Virus record (IMG/VR): IMGVR_UViG_3300008255_000382
Span: 1 to 28,782 of that record
Direction: 5' to 3' (one strand)
Source of the DNA: a virus
Lineage: Duplodnaviria; Caudoviricetes
DNA: 28,782 nt
The position numbers were made by a program, and so were the translations under genes. Below the pieces are notes generated by a model, which saw only the letters and a list, made by a program, of their open reading frames with translations, ran no database searches and was not told where the DNA came from. Of this stretch, positions 1-8,027 are shown piece after piece. Position 1 is the first letter of the stretch. Every line of letters starts with the position of its first letter.

Positions 1-199
1 CATTATTACGACGCGTAGCAAAAGGCGAGACATAGGTCACCACTCCCGATATAGGGCACACAACGGGATTGCCAAGGTCTGCGTTGCCTTTCCCCTTGTT
101 CAAATCCCAGCCGGGATGAAATACGTTGTGTGGCTGGTAGTATTGTAACCATTCATTGCCTTTGTGGGGGGTGTCGAACTCAACGGGATATGTTGCCAT
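1..199 (-). CDS. M23-family peptidase, probable endolysin (5' part; runs off the window)
   Basis: Not in ORF track. Manual translation from ATG at 199: MATYPVEFDTPHKGNEWLQYYQPHNVFHPGWDLNKGKGNADLGNPVVCPISGVVTYVSPFATRRNN..., open to the edge. HPGWD is the M23 HxxxD motif, followed by G-x-P-V-x-x-P-x-x-G-x-V. Confidence 0.8.
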   Translation of the reverse strand, partial: MATYPVEFDTPHKGNEWLQYYQPHNVFHPGWDLNKGKGNADLGNPVVCPISGVVTYVSPFATRRNN

Positions 200-238
200 A
201 GTCAGTATACATTATATAAATCGCAATTCTGTTATGCT
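193..238 (+). promoter_or_regulatory. Candidate sigma70 promoter(s) for the plus-strand membrane gene
   Basis: TTGCCA(193-198)-N16-TATAAA(215-220), and extended -10 TGtTATGCT (230-238) upstream of ATG 251. Confidence 0.4.
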
Positions 239-250
239 AAAATATTTATT

Positions 251-424
251 ATGGATATAAAAAATCTTTGGAAAGGTGTTAAAAAAATCTTGGTTGTCCT
301 TTTCGCTATTACCCTTATCTCATTTGTTCTAATTACGGAAATCTCATATTTTAGAGAAGGGTTTAACGTAATTGGTCGTATAACTGTTCTACTTATTCTG
401 GCAAAGTTATTTGGGATTAAGTGA
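251..424 (+). CDS. Small 2-TM membrane protein (57 aa); superinfection-exclusion/immunity-like or holin-like
   Basis: ATG at 251 preferred over GTG 164, which overlaps the endolysin. MDIKNLWKGVKK, then two hydrophobic stretches. AT-rich, the only credible plus-strand gene, convergent with the 1724-aa gene. Confidence 0.6.
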   Translation: MDIKNLWKGVKKILVVLFAITLISFVLITEISYFREGFNVIGRITVLLILAKLFGIK

Positions 425-429
425 AGTAA

Positions 430-3400
430 TTAATACCCTTTAATCAACTTTTCAGCGGTTGTTTTATTGATTCTCTCCTCAAGATATGCCTTTGTAGCAC
501 GCTCTTTTACCTCTTCTTTTGACAATCCCTCATCCTTAAATTGCTTTATCTTCTTGGCTATTTGTTGATTCTTCTTCATATTATCCCATTTTGTATCTGC
601 CTGCTTTTCTGTCAACTTCCCTTCTGCCACGGCTTCATCAAGCTCCGCATTTAACTCGCTAAGTTCTTCTTTGGTTAAAACATTTATATATTCTGATGCT
701 GCTTCGTATGGTTCTTTTTTCCCCGGAAGTAATGGTTTTACCGATGCCGGTGTGAATATCCGTTTAGCACTTTCAGGTGCTTTTAACCCTCCTTCATATT
801 TGCCTGATTCTGCATATCGCTCCATAGTAAGGGCTTGTTTTAACATCACAGCGACATCCAAAGCAAAGTCACCTACGCGTGTTTTCACCCATAACGTGGG
901 GTCAAATGCGCCAAATAGAGTCAATGAGTCTCGTATACCTTTGTAAATTACATTTTCCGCAAAACTTCTATTCTTCTTCTTTCCCAACTCCTCGTAATAC
1001 TCACTTGTAAGTGCGTATATTGTGAGCCCTGAAGCGATGGAAAAGAAAAGTTTACCCGCTTCCTTTGACTGTGCTGCTGTAACAAATCCATATTTTACAC
1101 CTCCTGCTTTCGTTGCTTTTGCAGTCAACTTATAGAGGTCTTTTGCATTGCGTATCGTTGCCGTTGCAACAGGGATAGCCCAGCCTTTGTATTGTTTAAA
1201 TGCCTGTGCCTCTCCGGTCTTCCCTATAATTGATTCCATACCTCTAACCTGCCTATATTCAGCCATCTCCAACTGAATATCCGCCAGACGTTTAGTTGTT
1301 ATCTTTCCTGTTTTAAATTCCTCAGCCGTCATCTTACCCAACAAGAAAATCTCATTAGCACTCTTCGTTGCTAAGTGATAAAGAGGGAACATAGTATTGC
1401 GTAATTGACTACCCAGATTCTCCGATGGGTCGGTTAAATCTTTCCAAAAACTACGTCCCACAAAATTCTCATAAGTACTTACGATTTTCTGCCCCTGCTT
1501 ACTCGCTCTCCGTGCTACCGCCTTTGCATAATCTGTTTTCTTTAGCATGGTCAAAGTCATCATATGTTCACCTATTGGTGATATCACTTGTGTTGGAAAA
1601 TTCCATGCAAGATCAAGCGTGCGTGTGACAACTACACCTGCCCTAATTGTTGAATCGACCACACCACCAGGCTCAAACGCCAGCGTCGGCACTCTACCCT
1701 TATTAGTGTTAATCCACTTCTTTACAAATTCTTTTAATTGCGAATCAAGTTCTAATCCTCTAGGTGTTAACCCTTTAGGGCTTAGAACATGGACATAAGC
1801 CATAATTTCAGGAACCAAAGAATCTAAATACCGTGCACGTTCAAGGGTCTTTACATAAACAGAAAATGCCTTTGCTGTGTTTTCAGTTGGCACTAACTTA
1901 CCCGTACGCTTTTGCTCAAATGGTATCCATTTTTCATAAGGTAAAATTTCACCCGTCTGATTATTTAAAATATTCTTCACAGCCTTATTATCTTCAAACT
2001 CTTTACGGGTCTCCTTAAACGCTTTGATCAAACCGTCATCTTTCCAATTTTCCAAAAAGTCCTTTCGGATATGGGGGAAGTATTTATCCTCAAACCGTGA
2101 AAACTTTTTACCTGCTGCATCAATAACCATCTCATCGTAATAAGCACGGTAAACACTATCTTGATAACTTGCAGCGTCCAATTGCTCGGGAGTCATCTTC
2201 TTGCCCAACTCCGCGCGATTATCCACATTTTCTATCCACTCTTTTATTTGTGGATCTTCGGGAATCAACTTATCCAATACGCCCCGTTGGACAGAAGCCC
2301 GTGCCTTGCGTACCAACGCATTATTCTTATCAATCAACTCATATGCGCGTGCATCAGCTTCTAAAAATCCTTCTACCTTACGCCTCACCAATAAATCAAA
2401 GAATGGATTTTGTTTGCTCAATGCATAATCACCCCTAAATCCATCAAACTCACCCATCTCTATTATATTCATTTCAGACAATGGTTTTCCGGTTTTCTTT
2501 GCCAATATTTCAATCACTTCACGGTTCGTTTTAACACCCTTCAAGTCGGTGTTTTTAATCGTCTCCAACATACGCACCGGCAAAAACTCATCCCCCTTAG
2601 CATAAGGTTTCAATGCGTCTTCTAATTGTTGTAGCTGCTTTACTGTCATCTCTTCAATAGGGGGTAGCTTCATAGCCTCCTGCAAATTCTCCCACTTAAT
2701 AAATTCCCTCTCCCTAATAAATGCCTGTACTTGGTTTTTTGCGTCTCTGGTAATTGAAATGTCCGCAGCCTTTGAGTCAACATCCCTTAAAAAAGTTGCA
2801 TATTCTTCCTTTGTCATAGCAGTTAAGTCTTTACCTTGTCTCAATTTCGATAATTCAAAATCAGTAAGATTGTAATGATCTTTTATCGCTGCCAGTTTTT
2901 TACGCCTTGAATCTACAGCGATAGCCATTAAAGCCTCACCCTTTGCAATAGCTCCCCGCTCTTTTCGCACTTCTTTAAGTTTATCCTGCAAGCGTGCCAG
3001 TTTATCCTTTTGCACTAAATATCGTTGGTATGCCTCTCTAGCCTCTTCAGAATCCTTAAACCCTAGTTCTTGCATTTTTTGGTCTCCCATTCTTGCAAAA
3101 TCTCCTTTACCCTTTCCGGTCACTTCAGCCAGCTCACCAGTAGTACGTGACTCATATTTAGAAAGCTCTCGAACGGGGTTAGATTCCACTATTTCCCTCA
3201 TCATTGCCACCTCTATAGAAGCTTCGTAAAATTCTTTTTCTGTGGCGTTCTTATTCTCTATCTTTTTGGCAAGCTCTATAAAATCATCCTCTGTAATGTC
3301 TTTGGTTTTTTTGATTCTTTCTGAAACGGCTTTAAGTGGTGACATTAAATCGACATTCTCTTTTACTCGTTGGGTAATACTTTTAACTTCACCCTTTGGC

Positions 3401-5604
3401 TTAGCCTTCTTGTCTAATTTAGCTCCTGCCTTTCCTTTTCGGGCTTCCACTCTAGTTTCAGCCCTTATTGATTCAATCTCCGCCCTCGTTCTAGCCTCCT
3501 CCGGCAGTCCTCCTTCCCTAAATTTTTCTTTTGTTGATACCTTATCCCACTCTGCTTTTAGTTGGGAGCGGGTTTTAGAAGACTGATATTGGAATGCCCC
3601 CCATTTGTTTAATGACGGTAATTCCTTGAACCCCTCAATAGTTTTTGGATAAAACAAGTCTTCCGCTTTCACAGTGTGCTCATAAACCTTGCCACCATTC
3701 TGTCTCTTAATATCATTGGCGTAATCTTTATCAATAGTTACCCAATCTCCATCATTCAATTCATTTTTTGGAGAAGCTCTATAGATCTTAATGTCTGCTT
3801 CTGGATTAGAGATAATGGATTTCAACTTGTTTACCTCTTTTGATTTTAATGCAGGATAGCCATATTGACGCTTAAACTCATCAACAAAGGAGTTTAATGT
3901 TCCATCGGCAATTTTAGTTATAGGAGAGGTTGTTTTTGAATTAACTTGGTGTGCAGATCTGTAGCTCTGTTCCCCCTGCCCCTTCACCCACTCATCAAAA
4001 GACTGGCCAGAGGCTTTGGCTTTGGAGATTGATTGTTGGAGGTCTGTTTGCGGTAATGGCGCTGGCTTCTCAATACCTGGTCTGCCTTCCCCTGGCTCCT
4101 TCAAATATGCAAACCGCGTATCCCGATACCACGCGTCAAGCTTACGCCCTTCAAAATCCAATTCACGCAACGAATCAAACGAATCAATAACACGGTTTGT
4201 ACTTAGCTGGTTCTCCATTTGCTGTACAAGCTTGCGTGCCTGTACTGCACTAATCACCTTACCAACAACTTGAATTGAGCCACCCAATGCAGCACCCCAT
4301 TTCAAGCTGTTGACAAAATCATTAAAAGTGTATTCCTGCCCGGCGGTTTTCCTGATGATTGCTTCTGCGGTTTCTTCCATCAAATTAAAGGCTGTGAGCT
4401 CTGTAAGTATCGGTGCTTTCTTTTGCGCCCATAAAATGCCCTTAGCGAGCTTGCTAAACCCTTGTGCTACCTTTGAGGTACTTGCTGTTTTTGCCAAAAC
4501 TCCAATGCCTGTTTCAATCAATCCAGCACCGGCAAAATAGGTTGGAGCAGCACCAAGAAAGCGTGAAGCCATATCGCCGGCTTCCTGCACGTTTTGTGCA
4601 GCTGTTGTTAAGTACTCATCACCAATTTCAAAACCTTTGTAATAAAGCTTGCCTCCTTTGGTATAAACGCTCTGTCCAAGATTCGCCAAATCCTCACCGT
4701 CAATAATATCCAGAGTGAGCCCCGATAACATTTTCTTAGGGTCTAGGAAATGTAACGTTGCTTGAGCTACTTCACGACGTGCACGCTCTTCATCACCACC
4801 AATACGTTCAGTTATATCCTTATCAAACGCCTGCACAACTGCACCTAAAAAACCCGATACTCTACGGTTTGATTCATATTCGTTTTCAGCCTTTTTCACC
4901 GCTTCGGGGAACTGATATTTTAAGTCACTATATTGCACAGGCCCATACATAGGCCTTGGAGTGAGCGGCTTTTTACGTGGTTTATACATAAGCGTAATGT
5001 CCGAGTCTAGCTTCTTTCGTACCCACTGCTCTTTTCGCTCCTGCGCGGCAAGTAACGACTCCTCCTGCTCTTGTTGCTGTTGTTTGTAGTAATCCTCCGC
5101 ACCCTGCCTGTTTTTTCCGTACTGGTCTACACCAATTTCGCTAATAATTTGATTATACGTTTTCTGCTCACTAGAAGGAGCGGAAATATAGGTTTGACGG
5201 AAGTTTCTCTTATGTTCCTCGATAAGTTTTGCCTTCTGCTGCTCCACAGGACTAAGCATCTTTTTACCTGGATACCAGATATCCCTAAATTCAGGCCCCA
5301 TTTTTGGCCGTAAATCTACCCCCCCTAAAAATCCGTAAGTCCCGGGGGCACGGCCAAAGCCATTGAATGTACTCAAGGTAGGCTGTACTTGTTGTACGTT
5401 GGCCTGAATACGCGGGTCATTGGTAAGTTTCGGGCGGTTTACCGTAGGTTTTTCGGGGTTAAACAAAGTCAAATTCTTGCTCATCTCATCGACATTCGCG
5501 AGCACTGTTCTTGCCTTTGGATCTTTAGACTTTTCCAAATCGCGCTTCATTTTCTGAAACGCGTTACCTATAGTAAATGCTTCTTGTAAGTAGGGGAGTG
5601 GCAT
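430..5604 (-). CDS. Giant DNA-ejection/internal virion protein (polyvalent-protein-like) with an internal ART-like domain
   Basis: 1724 aa, helical and charged, with Gly/Ala-rich hydrophobic segments at about aa 345-460. Last structural gene, as with T7 gp16/P22 gp16-type ejection proteins. YRA...DWVT...YA motif at about aa 610-635. Confidence 0.7.
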   Translation of the reverse strand: MPLPYLQEAFTIGNAFQKMKRDLEKSKDPKARTVLANVDEMSKNLTLFNPEKPTVNRPKLTNDPRIQANVQQVQPTLSTFNGFGRAPGTYGFLGGVDLRPKMGPEFRDIWYPGKKMLSPVEQQKAKLIEEHKRNFRQTYISAPSSEQKTYNQIISEIGVDQYGKNRQGAEDYYKQQQQEQEESLLAAQERKEQWVRKKLDSDITLMYKPRKKPLTPRPMYGPVQYSDLKYQFPEAVKKAENEYESNRRVSGFLGAVVQAFDKDITERIGGDEERARREVAQATLHFLDPKKMLSGLTLDIIDGEDLANLGQSVYTKGGKLYYKGFEIGDEYLTTAAQNVQEAGDMASRFLGAAPTYFAGAGLIETGIGVLAKTASTSKVAQGFSKLAKGILWAQKKAPILTELTAFNLMEETAEAIIRKTAGQEYTFNDFVNSLKWGAALGGSIQVVGKVISAVQARKLVQQMENQLSTNRVIDSFDSLRELDFEGRKLDAWYRDTRFAYLKEPGEGRPGIEKPAPLPQTDLQQSISKAKASGQSFDEWVKGQGEQSYRSAHQVNSKTTSPITKIADGTLNSFVDEFKRQYGYPALKSKEVNKLKSIISNPEADIKIYRASPKNELNDGDWVTIDKDYANDIKRQNGGKVYEHTVKAEDLFYPKTIEGFKELPSLNKWGAFQYQSSKTRSQLKAEWDKVSTKEKFREGGLPEEARTRAEIESIRAETRVEARKGKAGAKLDKKAKPKGEVKSITQRVKENVDLMSPLKAVSERIKKTKDITEDDFIELAKKIENKNATEKEFYEASIEVAMMREIVESNPVRELSKYESRTTGELAEVTGKGKGDFARMGDQKMQELGFKDSEEAREAYQRYLVQKDKLARLQDKLKEVRKERGAIAKGEALMAIAVDSRRKKLAAIKDHYNLTDFELSKLRQGKDLTAMTKEEYATFLRDVDSKAADISITRDAKNQVQAFIREREFIKWENLQEAMKLPPIEEMTVKQLQQLEDALKPYAKGDEFLPVRMLETIKNTDLKGVKTNREVIEILAKKTGKPLSEMNIIEMGEFDGFRGDYALSKQNPFFDLLVRRKVEGFLEADARAYELIDKNNALVRKARASVQRGVLDKLIPEDPQIKEWIENVDNRAELGKKMTPEQLDAASYQDSVYRAYYDEMVIDAAGKKFSRFEDKYFPHIRKDFLENWKDDGLIKAFKETRKEFEDNKAVKNILNNQTGEILPYEKWIPFEQKRTGKLVPTENTAKAFSVYVKTLERARYLDSLVPEIMAYVHVLSPKGLTPRGLELDSQLKEFVKKWINTNKGRVPTLAFEPGGVVDSTIRAGVVVTRTLDLAWNFPTQVISPIGEHMMTLTMLKKTDYAKAVARRASKQGQKIVSTYENFVGRSFWKDLTDPSENLGSQLRNTMFPLYHLATKSANEIFLLGKMTAEEFKTGKITTKRLADIQLEMAEYRQVRGMESIIGKTGEAQAFKQYKGWAIPVATATIRNAKDLYKLTAKATKAGGVKYGFVTAAQSKEAGKLFFSIASGLTIYALTSEYYEELGKKKNRSFAENVIYKGIRDSLTLFGAFDPTLWVKTRVGDFALDVAVMLKQALTMERYAESGKYEGGLKAPESAKRIFTPASVKPLLPGKKEPYEAASEYINVLTKEELSELNAELDEAVAEGKLTEKQADTKWDNMKKNQQIAKKIKQFKDEGLSKEEVKERATKAYLEERINKTTAEKLIKGY

Positions 5605-5624
5605 AATTTAAGCGTATGGGAATA

Positions 5625-8015
5625 TTAAATATCCAAATCATCAAGGTCATCTAAACTCCTTCCAGAATTCTTTGGCTCCTTAAAATATAAAGATTTACCC
5701 GTTGCTTTCTGCACTGCTTCATCGAGCTTTTTTAAATAATTTGCTTGTTGTGTGGTGTTAATAATTGTATCTTTCAATGAGGTTATTGCCGATGCACGAT
5801 CAAGCTTTCCGTCCCTAATTTGTTTTGCTAAATTCTGTACCGTATCAGGATATTTAGCCAAATCTTTATCGGTTCCCATTTCGCCAATTTTAGTAGTCGT
5901 GGCTATCCCTGTATCGTCAATTCCAGCCTTGGCTTCCTCCTTTTTAATCCCTCCCGGGTCAATAAGCTTTCCAGCAGAATCTTTAACCTCAATATGTAGG
6001 TGGGAACCATCACCACCTTCACCCTTAATAACATTTCCCGTATTGCCCATAGGTCCCAAAAACTGCCCATTTGAAACCTGATCGCCGACATTAAGTTTCT
6101 CAAGAGAATCAAAATGTGCAAGCCTCCACTGATTACCCTGCGCGTCTTCGATCACGACGGTATTACCCCAACCGCCTTTATTCCCAATTTCGACAATCTT
6201 GCCAGCAACAGGCGCATTTACCGGATCACCGATTGCCCCATCAATATCATAAGCACTATGTGTCTTACGGCCATCTTTGAAATAAGAAACTGGTGTGTTA
6301 AAATCTTGCGTTACTTCGCCACTACCAACTGTGGATGACCAGCCATTGAAATCTGCATTAGTTTGTCCCGCCTGTCCGGGAGGTCCCAAGTATACATTCC
6401 GGTCTTTGTCATAAACCTCCTCTTCACCAGATACAGGATTATAGCGTAGTTCAGTGTTAGTCTTTTGCGCGGTTTCTTTAAATCCTTTACCGATAGTACC
6501 AAGCTCCATAGTTTCAATTGTGCCCGTATCAAAGTTGTAGCGTACCACCGTTACATTTCCGTCTTCATCTTCTTTAACAAGCTCCTTGTTCTCCTTTGCA
6601 GCATTTGCCTCTTTGACCATTTCTATAGTTGACTGGACAAAGTCTTTCGGTAAACCTGACTCTTTGGTAAGCTCCTCCATTCTTTTCTGCACATCCTCTG
6701 AAAGAGTTGACCAGTCCTTATTCGCATAAGTGTTCATTAAAAGATCAAGGTTTGCTCTAGATTCATTAATACTATTCATGCGCTGGGTATCCTTAAAGCT
6801 TTCTGCTGATCTCTTCTCGGCTTCCTGTGCCCTGAACTCTTGCTGTGATCGTAGTTGATTGTCAAAGTTACGCTGTGCAATCTCCTCTGACCGCTGAATA
6901 ATCTGCTGCGATAGCTGATAGCGCATCGTTGCAGTTGATGCATTCACCTCAGCAACCTTGTTATTATACTGGCTAACTGCGTCTGATATACGGTTGTTCT
7001 TATCGACCGTGGCCATCATCTCATCCTTCCTCACCCCCATAATGTACTCTTGTAGTTGAGCATAGTTGTCGAAGATCTTTTCTGATTTCCACTGTTCAAT
7101 TTTCGCAATATCCGTTCCATACGATTGCCGTAAATCGGTGATCTCATTCTGGATTTCCGTATCCGCATTTATGGCATCTTTCTTGAGTTTAACAACGGCA
7201 CGTTCACCCTGCATAATTGTGTCCTCCAAATTCTTATTAGCGGCAACACTTCCAAACCCTCCATACACCATACCAAGCGTGGTCTCCTCGCGAACTTTCC
7301 TTTGCCTATTGAGCAGTTCCTGCTCATCAAGCATGTCCTCATATGCTTCTGATACCTTCTTGCGCTGCAATTCAACATCACGCATGTTCGAATCAAATTG
7401 ATTCTGTACTTCTTGCTTTTGTACATCTGCACTGGAACTGATAATGGAGTCTCGTTTACCAGCAAGCTCCGTTTGTTTCGCCTCCAAATCAGCAAGTAGC
7501 TTTTGCTGTGCTGCAAAATTATCATTCGCTACCTGAATTTGCTGCTCCTGGTTCCTCTCGTAAAAAGGAATCACATTGCCTTGAACATCCTTTTGAAAGT
7601 CACCAAAAGCACCCTCCATCTGTTCTTTCTCTTTTGCTGCATCTATTACAGGCGGCACGCCTACCCCTGGTTGTGCAGGCAATGGTTGCTGTTGAACAGG
7701 CTGAACAGGAGGGGGCGTAACCGCTCCCTGTTGTTTCCGCATTTCGTAATCAAGTATGTGTTGTCCGGTGGGCGTTAAATCCTTTCCACTCTCAACCTTT
7801 GCGGCTACTTTGGAAAAGTTACTGCCCGCTGCTGCTGCTTGTTCTTGGGGGTTAAACTGCCGCGCTCCCAAGGAAGACGGTGCTTTAGGTGGCAGTGCGG
7901 CAACATTCGCTGCTGCAACTTTCACCGGATCATTGGCTTGTGCTTTTTGCATATTCGCAACATTCGCTGCTGCAACTGCTACGGGGTCTGTGGCTTTTTT
8001 GGGTCCTGTTTGCAT
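5625..8015 (-). CDS. Ejection protein with long coiled coil and C-terminal M23 peptidase (virion-associated peptidoglycan hydrolase)
   Basis: Gln/Glu-rich coiled coil. C-terminal HSAYD (HxxxD), GDPVNAPVAGKIV, GWGNTVVI, LAHF, GNTG and HLH are the canonical M23 zinc-site motifs. Confidence 0.85.
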   Translation of the reverse strand: MQTGPKKATDPVAVAAANVANMQKAQANDPVKVAAANVAALPPKAPSSLGARQFNPQEQAAAAGSNFSKVAAKVESGKDLTPTGQHILDYEMRKQQGAVTPPPVQPVQQQPLPAQPGVGVPPVIDAAKEKEQMEGAFGDFQKDVQGNVIPFYERNQEQQIQVANDNFAAQQKLLADLEAKQTELAGKRDSIISSSADVQKQEVQNQFDSNMRDVELQRKKVSEAYEDMLDEQELLNRQRKVREETTLGMVYGGFGSVAANKNLEDTIMQGERAVVKLKKDAINADTEIQNEITDLRQSYGTDIAKIEQWKSEKIFDNYAQLQEYIMGVRKDEMMATVDKNNRISDAVSQYNNKVAEVNASTATMRYQLSQQIIQRSEEIAQRNFDNQLRSQQEFRAQEAEKRSAESFKDTQRMNSINESRANLDLLMNTYANKDWSTLSEDVQKRMEELTKESGLPKDFVQSTIEMVKEANAAKENKELVKEDEDGNVTVVRYNFDTGTIETMELGTIGKGFKETAQKTNTELRYNPVSGEEEVYDKDRNVYLGPPGQAGQTNADFNGWSSTVGSGEVTQDFNTPVSYFKDGRKTHSAYDIDGAIGDPVNAPVAGKIVEIGNKGGWGNTVVIEDAQGNQWRLAHFDSLEKLNVGDQVSNGQFLGPMGNTGNVIKGEGGDGSHLHIEVKDSAGKLIDPGGIKKEEAKAGIDDTGIATTTKIGEMGTDKDLAKYPDTVQNLAKQIRDGKLDRASAITSLKDTIINTTQQANYLKKLDEAVQKATGKSLYFKEPKNSGRSLDDLDDLDI
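7900..7977. repeat. 21-bp exact direct repeat with 57-bp period (DPVxVAAANVA x2)
   Basis: gcaacattcgctgctgcaact at 7900-7920 and 7957-7977. Confidence 0.9.
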
Positions 8016-8027
8016 GTGAGTTTATTG

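Noticed and set aside
61-189. caacgggat repeated at 61 and 181
   Set aside because: Only 9 bp, both copies within the lysin CDS at Pro-Val codons; compatible with chance.
164-250. N-terminal extension of the plus-strand 86-aa ORF
   Set aside because: Overlaps the M23 lysin start and the promoter-like region; ATG 251 is more plausible.
1355-1374. CIRCE-like half site TTAGCACTC...TGCTAA
   Set aside because: Spacing and right arm do not fit TTAGCACTC-N9-GAGTGCTAA; it lies inside a CDS far from groE. No CIRCE seen upstream of groES.
5625-8015. Tape measure protein call for the coiled-coil/M23 gene
   Set aside because: No tail tube or tail-assembly chaperone genes are recognisable; the adaptor-nozzle-fibre context fits a podoviral ejection protein better.
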